DNA of 64,000 bases, taken from IMG/VR virus record IMGVR_UViG_3300020576_007358; one strand, written 5' to 3'. Position 1 is the stretch's first letter. Each line of letters begins with the position of its first letter. The position numbers were made by a program, and so were the translations under genes. Below the pieces are notes generated by a model. The model made no database searches. It had not been told where the DNA came from and worked only from the letters and a program-made list of their open reading frames with translations. The DNA comes from a virus. This document shows positions 37,020-45,390 of this stretch, piece by piece.

Positions 37020-37895
37020 ATGGGAAAGCTCAATCAAGTCATTGCAGTTGAAAAGTCGGTGAAGAACAAGGCGCATGCTGCGATCACTGAGATCTACCAG
37101 AAGATGCAGAAGGCTCCCCTCCTGCAGGGAATTTCGCGGACGTACCGTCCGAAGGACGAGCTTGGTGAGGCTCTTCCGTCTGAGTCGTCCCGTGTTCAGC
37201 TGAATGCTACGGATTTCCTCAAGGAGCTCTCGTCGACCTTGACGGATCTCTTTGACGTCACTGCGACGAAGGATTTCGCGAACTGCGAGGCTCGCACTGA
37301 TCTTACGGTCGGTGATGTGGTTCTTGCGAAGAACGTGCCGGTTACGTACCTTCTCTTCCTCGAGAAGAAGCTGGTTGATCTGCACACGTTCGTCAGCAAG
37401 CTTCCCGTCCTTGATTCTTCGGAGGAATGGACTCTGGATCCGAACGTGAACTGCTACGCTACGAAGCCGTCCGAGACGACTCGTACGAAGAAGGTCTTTG
37501 TCCCGCTTGTCCTTGCTCCGGCGACTGACAAGCACGCAGCCCAAGTCAAGGAGGGCTACGAGGATCAGGTCGTGGGTTTCTGGAAGACTGTGAAGTTCTC
37601 TGGAGCTCTTCCGGCTCAGCGAGTTGCTGAGCTTCTGGCTCGAGTCGAGAAGCTGCAACGTGCAGTGAAGTTCGCTCGTGAGGAATGCAACGCTCGTGAG
37701 GCACCACCAGTCCAGGTTGGAGCCCGCGTTTTCGATTACCTGTTCGGTTTATCCGTAACAGGTTTGCGCAAGCTGAAAATCAGCCTTACGCTAACAGAGA
37801 GAGCTAGCAAAATTGTAGGTTCAAATCCTACCCCCTCCACTGACTCACAGTCAAGGAGTGATTCACCTCAAGTTATGCTTGGAACGAATCAATGA
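37020..37895 (+). CDS. Hypothetical protein in the GC-rich island. Its 3' tail reads through tRNA-like half alpha-3', and its stop abuts tRNA-like half alpha-5'.
   Basis: ORF track. The antisense ORF 36921..37658 is low-complexity. Confidence 0.4.
   Translation: MGKLNQVIAVEKSVKNKAHAAITEIYQKMQKAPLLQGISRTYRPKDELGEALPSESSRVQLNATDFLKELSSTLTDLFDVTATKDFANCEARTDLTVGDVVLAKNVPVTYLLFLEKKLVDLHTFVSKLPVLDSSEEWTLDPNVNCYATKPSETTRTKKVFVPLVLAPATDKHAAQVKEGYEDQVVGFWKTVKFSGALPAQRVAELLARVEKLQRAVKFAREECNAREAPPVQVGARVFDYLFGLSVTGLRKLKISLTLTERASKIVGSNPTPSTDSQSRSDSPQVMLGTNQ
37815..37839 (+). tRNA. tRNA-like 3' half 'alpha': T-arm gtagg-TTCAAAT-cctac, 3' acceptor cccctcc, discriminator a. CCA is not encoded.
   Basis: Read from sequence. 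Perfect 7/7 complementarity to GGAGGGG at 37896, which lies downstream. Confidence 0.4.
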
Positions 37896-37922
37896 GGAGG
37901 GGTGGCGGAACTGGCAGACGCA
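37896..37922 (+). tRNA. tRNA-like 5' half 'alpha': acceptor GGAGGGG, then TG, then a type-II-like D-arm GCGG-AACTGGCAGA-CGC. Followed by ACTGGTGA.
   Basis: D-arm is nearly identical to bacterial tRNA-Leu/Ser (GGCGGAAUUGGUAGACGC). Cognate 3' half is 57 nt upstream. Confidence 0.4.
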
Positions 37923-38026
37923 CTGGTGATCTCAACTCAACCTGAAGCTATCGCAACAGGTTCACTTAGTCGATAAAGGATGCAAGGATCAATCAATCGT
38001 TCACCGGCTGAATATTGCGAACTAGT

Positions 38027-38054
38027 GTGAGTTCAAATCTCACCCGCGCCTCCA
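38027..38054 (+). tRNA. tRNA-like 3' half 'beta': T-arm gtgag-TTCAAAT-ctcac, 3' acceptor ccgcgcc, discriminator t, encoded CCA.
   Basis: Perfect 7/7 complementarity to GGCGCGG at 38088, which lies downstream. Confidence 0.45.
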
Positions 38055-38087
38055 TGTTCCAACAGGAACAGCTGAAGCAGTAAATAA

Positions 38088-38130
38088 GGCGCGGTAGCTT
38101 AATGGCAGAGCGAGGTCGTCTAAGGACTGA
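38088..38130 (+). tRNA. tRNA-like 5' half 'beta': acceptor GGCGCGG, D-arm TAGCTTAATGGCAGAGC, anticodon arm ggtc-gTCTAAg-gact(g) with anticodon CUA (amber-reading). Followed by ACTGGTGAAC.
   Basis: Read from sequence. Trailer ctggtgaac pairs 9 bp with leader gttcaccgg at 37999..38007. Confidence 0.45.
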
Positions 38131-38203
38131 CTGGTGAACTTAAACGTGTGATCCCTTTCTGTAAAAAATCGACGTCAACACGATAAGTTGACTAACTCTA
38201 GAT

Positions 38204-38228
38204 GGCCCGGGTAGGATACACCCGGGCC
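38204..38228 (+). terminator. Stem-loop ggcccggg-taggataca-cccgggcc followed by gtcgctaatttt.
   Basis: Perfect 8-bp GC stem plus a T-run, downstream of the tRNA-like cluster. Confidence 0.4.
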
Positions 38229-38282
38229 GTCGCTAATTTTGGGACAGTGCACTTATTGCACTAACAGTGTTAGGATAAAAGA

Positions 38283-39263
38283 ATGAGAACCGTTTTCATC
38301 TTGCGTGGGTTGCCGGGGTGTGGAAAGTCGACTTTCGCAGCGAGCCTCGTTGCAAAGGAGCCAAAACGCTGGGTTCGCATCAATAGAGATGATCTAAGGT
38401 CTATGTCAGTGGGACCAGCAAACAACCCGCACACCGGTGACAAGACTCGTGAAGAGTTTGTTCGTGAGGCGAAGAACAACCTGCTGTCTGCTGCGTTGAA
38501 GTCCGGTTACGATGTCATCTTGGACGACACGCACCTTGTGCCGCAGACTGTGAAGAAGCTGCACACGTTCGTGGAATCGATCGGCAACGTGAAAGTCATC
38601 GAGAAGTCTTTCAACGTTGATGTAGAAGAGGCAATTGCCCGTGATGCGAAGCGCTCAGGTTTTGCTCACGTGGGTGAGAAGGTCATCCGTGACATGGCAC
38701 GTGGAGCCGGGTTGGAAGGTCGACGAAAGCTGCCTGATCGTGAAGTTTATTACCCGCCGATCGGCTGCGGCGATCCACTGACGATCAATCCAGATCTTCC
38801 AACGGCTATCATGGTTGACTTGGACGGTACGCTTGCTCTCATCGGCGATCGTTCGCCTTACGATGCGACTGATTGCGACGAAAAAGATTTGCCGAACTGG
38901 CCTGTCATCAAAACGGTCCTGGCGATGTATGCTCAAGGCGTGAAGATCATCTTCATGAGCGGCCGCGACGTGAAGTATCGTCCAGAAACTGTGAGGTTCA
39001 TCGAGAAGTACTGCCGTGAGATCGATCTGAAGCTCTGGGGGCCGGATGGCAGAGCAATCCCGTACGAGCTGCACATGCGCGGTGAACTGGATCTGACTAA
39101 AGTTGATCAGCGAAAGGACAGCATCATCAAGGAAGAACTCTTTGATGCTCATGTTCGTGGGAAGTACAACGTTCTGTTCGTTCTTGACGATCGGAATCAG
39201 GTTTGTAGAAAATGGCGTGAATTGGGTCTGACAGTTTTTCAAGTAGCAGAAGGTGATTTTTAG
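38283..39263 (+). CDS. pnk: Polynucleotide kinase-phosphatase (T4 Pnk-like; N-terminal P-loop kinase, C-terminal HAD/DxDGT 3'-phosphatase).
   Basis: GLPGCGKSTFA...RDDLR...DDTH kinase motifs. MVDLDGTL...MSGRD phosphatase motifs. Confidence 0.65.
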   Translation: MRTVFILRGLPGCGKSTFAASLVAKEPKRWVRINRDDLRSMSVGPANNPHTGDKTREEFVREAKNNLLSAALKSGYDVILDDTHLVPQTVKKLHTFVESIGNVKVIEKSFNVDVEEAIARDAKRSGFAHVGEKVIRDMARGAGLEGRRKLPDREVYYPPIGCGDPLTINPDLPTAIMVDLDGTLALIGDRSPYDATDCDEKDLPNWPVIKTVLAMYAQGVKIIFMSGRDVKYRPETVRFIEKYCREIDLKLWGPDGRAIPYELHMRGELDLTKVDQRKDSIIKEELFDAHVRGKYNVLFVLDDRNQVCRKWRELGLTVFQVAEGDF

Positions 39264-39299
39264 CATGTTGCTGTCTGACACGAAAAGGGTTCAGCAACG

Positions 39300-39557
39300 A
39301 TGAGTGCTGTGAAGCACATCATGTTCGGCCTCGCTGTGGTGGAAGACTTTCAAAAAGTCGCTGATCGATTGTACGAACTGGGTGCTGAGGCTGTAGATCA
39401 GCTCTACAGGGACACTAACTCTGTAGAGCTGGCATCTCGGTGCTACGTTCAAGTTAACGAAAGCTGCCATGATGCCATCTTGGATGAACTTAAGAGTTCA
39501 TCCAACGTTTGTGACATCATAATTCCAGCGCAGAGAGTGGTAAGAAAGAGAGCGTAA
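39300..39557 (+). CDS. Hypothetical protein.
   Basis: ORF track. Confidence 0.3.
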   Translation: MSAVKHIMFGLAVVEDFQKVADRLYELGAEAVDQLYRDTNSVELASRCYVQVNESCHDAILDELKSSSNVCDIIIPAQRVVRKRA

Positions 39558-39558
39558 C

Positions 39559-40344
39559 GTGAAAAAATACGATCGTACCCGACACATTCGAGGAAGTCGT
39601 TTCCAACACGGAGACGATGATCTTGAAGCTGTTCCGTGGGAAGATCTTGCTGGCAAGAATCTTGTCGTAGAAGAAAAAGTTGATGGTTCACAAATTGGTA
39701 TCAGCTTTGAAGATCAACGCTTGATGCTGCAATCACGAGGGCATTACCTTAGAGGTGGTCCTCGTGAGATTCAATTCAACCTTTTGAAGCAATGGGCAAC
39801 TTCAAAAACAGAAGATCTGTACTGCATTCTCGAAGATCGTTACGTTATGTTCGGTGAGTGGATGTATGCATGTCACACCATGTTTTACGATGCATTGCCT
39901 CACTATTTCATGGAGTTTGACGTGTACGATCGAGACACAAATCTCTACCTTGATACGCCGTCCAGAATGCAGCTTTTGGCACCGCTGAACTTGCAGTCTG
40001 TGTTGGTCTTGAAGAGTGGAAAGTTCTCGAAGTTGAAGGAGCTTCAGTCTCTCATCATCAGATCAAACTTCGTGACTGATCAACGTAATGAAAATTACGT
40101 GAAGTCTGCCAGGGCAGCGTACCCAGAAAAAACAGACGAAGAGATCCTAGCGAAACTTGACAAGAACGACACGATGGAGGGCCTCTACGTGAAATGGGAA
40201 GAAGGAGGTTATGTCCGTGGACGTTACAAGTTTGTTCGTGAATCATTCATCTCGTCTATTGCGGGTCAAGAAGAACATTGGCATGACAGACCAATTGTTC
40301 CGAATTGCCTGACGCCGCTAGCGTTGGAAAAAATGTTCGAATAA
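39559..40344 (+). CDS. ATP-dependent RNA ligase-like nucleotidyltransferase.
   Basis: Motif I EKVDGSQIGI (KxDG). N-terminal Y.RT.HI.GSRFQ.GDDD resembles the RNA_ligase (DraRnl-type) family. Confidence 0.45.
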   Translation: MKKYDRTRHIRGSRFQHGDDDLEAVPWEDLAGKNLVVEEKVDGSQIGISFEDQRLMLQSRGHYLRGGPREIQFNLLKQWATSKTEDLYCILEDRYVMFGEWMYACHTMFYDALPHYFMEFDVYDRDTNLYLDTPSRMQLLAPLNLQSVLVLKSGKFSKLKELQSLIIRSNFVTDQRNENYVKSARAAYPEKTDEEILAKLDKNDTMEGLYVKWEEGGYVRGRYKFVRESFISSIAGQEEHWHDRPIVPNCLTPLALEKMFE

Positions 40345-40361
40345 CGGAGTATTATTCACGC

Positions 40362-41213
40362 ATGCCAAAAATTGCATGGGCCACAGATATCCATCTTGAC
40401 ACTCTGGAGAAAACGCCAGAGAAGATCGTTCAGTTCGCAGAATCGTTGATCGTCGATCAACCAGATGCAATCGTTTTGACTGGTGATCTTTCAACGTACG
40501 CCGATCTAACGTACCACTTGTCTATCATCGAACGTGTTGTCCAGCGACCGGTTTACTTTGTCCTTGGAAATCATGATTTCTGGGGTGGCGGCGTCTCTGA
40601 TGTTCGTCTTGAGATGAAGAACCTCAGCAACATGTCGCAGTTCTTGCGATACTTGCCGAACACTCCGTACGTGACGTTGTCACCAACAACAGCTCTTGTT
40701 GGTCATGATTGTTGGTACGATGCTGGTTACGGATCACCGATGACAAGCACGATGATCATGAATGACTGGATCAGAGTGAAAGATTTTGCCGTAGAGCACT
40801 GCGTCACATACGGAGATACGTACGGTTCATATAAGACTAACAAACCTAAGGTCATCGAGATCTCGAAGAAGCTAGCGTCTGAAGGTACAGCGCACATCAT
40901 CAATGGCATCAAAGCAGCAGCAAAGTATCACAAAGTGATCATGATTGCCACACACTTTCCACCATTCCAAGAGACTCATCTCTACAATGGTAAAGTTGGC
41001 GATGCAGCTGCACAGCCATGGTACACGAACAAGATGCTCGGTGACGTGCTTCGTCAAGCAGCATCACAGCTTCCAAAGGTCAGGTTTGAGGTCTTTGCTG
41101 GTCACACTCATGGGAAGTGTGACATGCAGATCAGCGACAACTTGTTTGTTCACGTTGGCGAAGCCGAGTACAAGCAACCACGTTTGCAGAATGTCATCAC
41201 GGTGCCTTTATGA
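40362..41213 (+). CDS. Calcineurin-like metallophosphoesterase.
   Basis: D.H......GD...GNHD motifs (ATDIHLD, LTGDL, LGNHDFW). ORF 40305; ATG 40362 preferred. Confidence 0.5.
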   Translation: MPKIAWATDIHLDTLEKTPEKIVQFAESLIVDQPDAIVLTGDLSTYADLTYHLSIIERVVQRPVYFVLGNHDFWGGGVSDVRLEMKNLSNMSQFLRYLPNTPYVTLSPTTALVGHDCWYDAGYGSPMTSTMIMNDWIRVKDFAVEHCVTYGDTYGSYKTNKPKVIEISKKLASEGTAHIINGIKAAAKYHKVIMIATHFPPFQETHLYNGKVGDAAAQPWYTNKMLGDVLRQAASQLPKVRFEVFAGHTHGKCDMQISDNLFVHVGEAEYKQPRLQNVITVPL

Positions 41214-42037
41214 GCTCGCCATGGCACGTTGAAACATTCAACGACGGCGTTGCAATAAGAGCAGATTCAACGCAGCCGGCCTTGATGGATTACGTCAAAG
41301 AGCTAGCTGGACCAGTTCCATTGATCATCGCTGATCCACCGTACGGAAATGTCGTGAAAGACAAGTGGGATCGAGTTGATGACACAGCTGATGCTTTTGC
41401 AGGTTGGATGACTTCTTGGACGCATGCATGGAAAGATGCATGCCTCGCTCCGGGAGCAGCTTTCTACGTGTGGGGCGGAATAGGATCACCAGGTTTCAGG
41501 CCTTTCTTTGCTTACGTCATGAAAGCAGAGGTTGAGGGCAAGTTTGAGCTAGCTAACTTGATAACTTGGAAGAAGCGCCGTGCGTACGGGTTGAAGTACA
41601 ACTACCTCTTCACGCGAGAAGAGTGCGCGTACTTTGTCAACGGCACGTCAAAAGCACCTCGAAAGTTTAACATCCCGCTTCTTGACGAGAAGAGGGGCTA
41701 CAGTGGATACAACAAGAAGTACCCAGCAAAGAGCGAGTTCTACCGCAGGTCAAACGTGTGGACTGACATCAATGAGATCATGCATGGAAAGTTTCATCCC
41801 ACAGAGAAGAAGCAAAGATTGCACGAGATCATGATAGAAGTCCACACAGATCCAGATGAGTGGGTCGTCGATCCGTTCGCTGGATCGGGCGTCACAGCTT
41901 TTGCAGCTAGAAAATTGGGAAGAAAATTTGTGATCATTGAATCAGACCCGGCGTACTTTGATTCCACGGTCCGCCGCCTCCACGGACACAACGCAAAGGA
42001 AGAGAGCACAGATGAACGATCAACAGATGAACCTTGA
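41210..42037 (+). CDS. DNA methyltransferase, beta-class (N6A or N4C).
   Basis: Motif IV IIADPPYG lies upstream of motif I VVDPFAGSGVT. Confidence 0.6.
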   Translation: MSSPWHVETFNDGVAIRADSTQPALMDYVKELAGPVPLIIADPPYGNVVKDKWDRVDDTADAFAGWMTSWTHAWKDACLAPGAAFYVWGGIGSPGFRPFFAYVMKAEVEGKFELANLITWKKRRAYGLKYNYLFTREECAYFVNGTSKAPRKFNIPLLDEKRGYSGYNKKYPAKSEFYRRSNVWTDINEIMHGKFHPTEKKQRLHEIMIEVHTDPDEWVVDPFAGSGVTAFAARKLGRKFVIIESDPAYFDSTVRRLHGHNAKEESTDERSTDEP

Positions 42038-42299
42038 AGGCATAGAGATCAGCGAAGAGAATCTTCGAGCAGATCGACATGCAGTGTCACGAAGCATCTC
42101 ATTTGCCGAAGACAGGCGAAAGAGGTTGCAGAACCTCGTTTCACGGAAGTCTTCAGCAAAGTGGAAGGCAGAAAAAGCCACGAAGATGATCAGGCGCCTT
42201 GTTGCAACTGATCGCATCATCGATGCTGGAAACCAAGCGTTGATCATGATCGATGCAAAGCTTCTTGAGATGAAGAGCGAAAAGAAGTTACGTAGATAA
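42012..42299 (+). CDS. Hypothetical small basic coiled-coil protein.
   Basis: ORF 41937..42299. ATG 42012 overlaps the methyltransferase 3' end. Confidence 0.3.
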   Translation: MNDQQMNLEGIEISEENLRADRHAVSRSISFAEDRRKRLQNLVSRKSSAKWKAEKATKMIRRLVATDRIIDAGNQALIMIDAKLLEMKSEKKLRR

Positions 42300-42317
42300 A
42301 CTACAACGTAAGTTAAC

Positions 42318-42340
42318 GTGGGCCTGGGAAACTGGGCCCA
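42318..42340 (+). terminator. Stem-loop gtgggcc-tgggaaact-ggcccac.
   Basis: Read from sequence. Weak T-tract follows. Confidence 0.25.
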
Positions 42341-42462
42341 CAGTGCTTTCTAGAGAATGAATGTATGGGATCCATCAAATGATTCTTAAAGAATATTCTG
42401 TGCAGCTCCTGTGCAAACTATGGGCCTTGTAGAGGCATGCTGGGCTGGATTATGATGATTAG

Positions 42463-43422
42463 ATGAAGCTGCACGTTCTTACCAACAATAGTCGTTCGAT
42501 TCCGCCTGGTGATTTTATTCGCTGGTTTGAAATGAACGGATTCCTCACAAATGCAACATGGAACTTGCTTGACATGGCGTTCAAGCACGGCGCTTACATT
42601 GCCGGTGGGTTTGCTAACAAAGTTGCCACAGTTCTTAACTGCGGTAAGTATCGCGCCGGCGACCCTGACGAAGATACGATGAGAGAGTTTTTGATGTATA
42701 CGAACTACGAACTGAGACATCCGTATGCTTACAAAGTTTGTGGTGGAGACATTGACGTTTGGTTCCGGACGAAAGAAGGTCTAGACGCGTTTCTTCTTGA
42801 GCTGAACGGGAATTTTGAAAATTCGATGAAAGATCGGACGCCCATGACGTCAGGATTTGGTATCGAAGTGAAGTGTTGGAAGCATCCAGATCCTGCACCT
42901 GAACCTCGTAAGAATTTTCACGGGCAGGTCGTTCAGATCATGACGGCTGTGTGGGGTGAACCAGAAGAAATCATGGAGAAGTTTGACATATACAATGCAG
43001 CCGTTTGCATCACAAAAGACTGCCAAGTATTGGTTCCAGAAGGCTGGGAAGATCTCAACGCCAAGGGAATCTTGCACCTTCAACATTTCAATGAGAAGTA
43101 TACATTCCAACGAATTACCAAATGGGCGCAAAAACACGGTTACGTTGGTGGTTTCACGCCGGGTGCAATTGAGATCTTGAAAGAGGCACAACCTAAACTC
43201 ATTGAAGACATCTTGAACTCAAAGATCCCGCGCTACAAGCCCGGAGTTACATGGAACATGCCAGACTTTCTGAAGAGATGGACGATGCCAATCAGGACGC
43301 TTCTTCCGATCGAAATCATCCTCAATTTTGTCCCAGTTGGTGGTCAAAAAGACAACTACAAAGAATATTTCAACCCTTTCATCAATGAGTTGATTTATCG
43401 TAGTACAAAAGAAGTGCAATAA
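42463..43422 (+). CDS. Hypothetical protein.
   Basis: ORF track. Confidence 0.35.
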   Translation: MKLHVLTNNSRSIPPGDFIRWFEMNGFLTNATWNLLDMAFKHGAYIAGGFANKVATVLNCGKYRAGDPDEDTMREFLMYTNYELRHPYAYKVCGGDIDVWFRTKEGLDAFLLELNGNFENSMKDRTPMTSGFGIEVKCWKHPDPAPEPRKNFHGQVVQIMTAVWGEPEEIMEKFDIYNAAVCITKDCQVLVPEGWEDLNAKGILHLQHFNEKYTFQRITKWAQKHGYVGGFTPGAIEILKEAQPKLIEDILNSKIPRYKPGVTWNMPDFLKRWTMPIRTLLPIEIILNFVPVGGQKDNYKEYFNPFINELIYRSTKEVQ

Positions 43423-43461
43423 ACAATAACTATGTAGTACAATTGTCTTAGGAAGGACTCC

Positions 43462-43989
43462 ATGAACCGCGCCCTGTTGCTCAACGCAGACTATTCACCG
43501 TTGCATTTCATTAGCGATGAACGTGCAATCGTTCTCGTGTACATCGGCCATGCCGAAGTCGTCGAGATGAACGGTGCACCATCTGTGTGGTCGGGTGAGT
43601 ACTTTGTTTCGCCTTCCACGAAGATAGCGGTGCCAGCAACCGTCAGGCTGACTTCAAGAATCACCAAGAAGTGGAAGCAGCCTCGATTCAGGCGAAAGGT
43701 CTTGTTCAACCGCGACGGGTGGAAGTGTCAGTATTGCTCTGAAGAGCTTAATTGGTCTTCCGTCACGATGGACCACGTTCATCCAAGTTCACGAGGTGGA
43801 GACACTTCGTGGAAGAACTGCGTCGCGGCATGCAAGCCTTGCAATCGCAAGAAGGCGAACAGGACTCCTGATGAAGCGAACATGCGCCTCCTGAAGGCAC
43901 CAGTGAACCCAACGCCGTTGCACTTTTGGGACATCTCTAAAACCTCCGCAGACCACCCTGACTGGGAGGCATTTATCCCAAAGATGTAA
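43462..43989 (+). CDS. HNH endonuclease.
   Basis: CQYC...TMDHVHPSSRGG...N...C..CNRKKAN. Confidence 0.5.
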   Translation: MNRALLLNADYSPLHFISDERAIVLVYIGHAEVVEMNGAPSVWSGEYFVSPSTKIAVPATVRLTSRITKKWKQPRFRRKVLFNRDGWKCQYCSEELNWSSVTMDHVHPSSRGGDTSWKNCVAACKPCNRKKANRTPDEANMRLLKAPVNPTPLHFWDISKTSADHPDWEAFIPKM

Positions 43990-44001
43990 TACTTACGCTA
44001 T

Positions 44002-44229
44002 GTGAGCGGTAAGAAAAAAGCAGAAACGCTGCGGACCACGGTCGGAGAGATTCGATCTGTGGTCCGCAGCCAATTTAGGCTCTTGAATGAAGCCTACGAT
44101 CATGATTTGCTAGATGATCCAGCATTCAATGAAGAATCTATGCTTGTTCCAGATTCGACGAAGGTTCTGATAAAAAAGTACCTAGAGCTGATGGGCCTAA
44201 GTAATAGCAGATCTCACGGTTCAAGTTGA
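44002..44229 (+). CDS. Hypothetical protein.
   Basis: ORF track. Confidence 0.2.
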   Translation: MSGKKKAETLRTTVGEIRSVVRSQFRLLNEAYDHDLLDDPAFNEESMLVPDSTKVLIKKYLELMGLSNSRSHGSS

Positions 44230-44259
44230 GTACAATACTTAGAACGTAGGAGAAGCTTT

Positions 44260-45390
44260 ATGCACGTTAGGTTGAAAGATCTGCAGAACCTCGTAAGCAA
44301 GGTTCTTAATGAGGAAACTGTTCTTAAGGAACTGCGAGAAGAAGTTGCATCGAAGCTGGGTCCATCAGTCAACACTGCTGGTTCGCTCCAGCAAGTTGCT
44401 GAAGAAGCCATCTACAGGTTGGATGTGCTTGCTAGAACCGGTCGCAAGCATGAAATCTTTGATGAGCAGCTTAGCGCAAAGCTATCGACGATGAAATCAT
44501 CTGCTGCACGTGATCTTGCAGCTCGAATGTTGCCAGAACGCAAGCTTTTGAAGCTTGCTACTGATCCATCGCCAGCAGTTCGTCACAGCGTGGCACGTCG
44601 AGTTCCTTTCAAGGTTCTCGTTGAGATGAAGAAGAAGTACAGGAATGACGACGAGCTAAACGTCATCTTTGAGAGCAGGAAGCTAAACGAAGCTGGTTTG
44701 CCGAAGCCAAAGGTTGATGACGAACAGTTTGACATGTACGGCGAAGAAGCTCTTGGCGATGCTGTGAAGCAACGTGATGATATTGAACTGTCTGATCAAT
44801 GGTACGAATCTCTTGCAAGGAAGTTCATCCAAGATTATGGAACGAACCTTGAGGGGCAGTGGGAAGAGCTTCTTGTGAAGAGATACTGCTCTTCTGTTAA
44901 AGCAACGTCTGGCGTTGAAGTTGACATAGAAAAACTTCTGAAGTGTGTTAAAGACTTGCTTGAAGAAAGAGAAGAGCTTCACCTAAAGAGGAACGAGCTT
45001 AAGGAATCTGCTTCCAGGCGTGTTTCACACATGCTGCCTGAGTACGTTGAATCCAAAGATCCAGTGAAAGAACTGTTGCATACAAACTGCTCTGCATCGC
45101 AGTACGTGGCTCTAGCAAAAAGCGTGTTTAAGATCTCTGAGACAATTGCGTCGCACAGCGTTCGTAACGGCAGGCTCAACGAAGGCCTAGACATCAGCAA
45201 CGTTGTTCCTTTCTCTGGACGCTTGCCTTCAAAGGGTGAATTCCGCAACGTTGATGAACGTGCAGTTCAGCGTTACGTTGATTCTTGGAACACGATCCAA
45301 GAGAGCAAGGGTGACATTGTGAAGCTCACGTGGTCGCCGTCTGCTGCGCAGCGTGGAAGATTTACGCTAAAGATTGTGGAAAAGTTATGA
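44260..45390 (+). CDS. Hypothetical protein with the shared N-terminal motif (MHVRLKDLQNLVSKVLNEE).
   Basis: ORF track. Confidence 0.4.
   Translation: MHVRLKDLQNLVSKVLNEETVLKELREEVASKLGPSVNTAGSLQQVAEEAIYRLDVLARTGRKHEIFDEQLSAKLSTMKSSAARDLAARMLPERKLLKLATDPSPAVRHSVARRVPFKVLVEMKKKYRNDDELNVIFESRKLNEAGLPKPKVDDEQFDMYGEEALGDAVKQRDDIELSDQWYESLARKFIQDYGTNLEGQWEELLVKRYCSSVKATSGVEVDIEKLLKCVKDLLEEREELHLKRNELKESASRRVSHMLPEYVESKDPVKELLHTNCSASQYVALAKSVFKISETIASHSVRNGRLNEGLDISNVVPFSGRLPSKGEFRNVDERAVQRYVDSWNTIQESKGDIVKLTWSPSAAQRGRFTLKIVEKL

Noticed and set aside
36170-37658. Minus-strand ORFs 36170..36946 and 36921..37658.
   Set aside because: Low-complexity Arg/Ser/Leu-rich translations lying antisense to the well-formed + strand NTase and 37020..37895 ORFs. 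The open frames reflect the elevated GC here.
37815-38130. Two-piece (permuted) tmRNA as an explanation for the 3'-half-before-5'-half tRNA-like elements.
   Set aside because: No G3:U70 alanine identity pair: alpha has A3-U70 and beta has C3-G70. Both 5' halves have full canonical D-arms, which tmRNA lacks. No resume codon or tag ORF ending in a hydrophobic ..AA-stop follows either 5' half.
37700-38160. Conventional linear tRNAs in the tRNA-like cluster.
   Set aside because: For each T-arm/3'-acceptor I checked the positions 73-90 nt upstream for a complementary 5' acceptor, and for each 5' half the region downstream for a T-arm and complementary 3' strand. None exists. Only the cross-wise permuted pairings are perfect.
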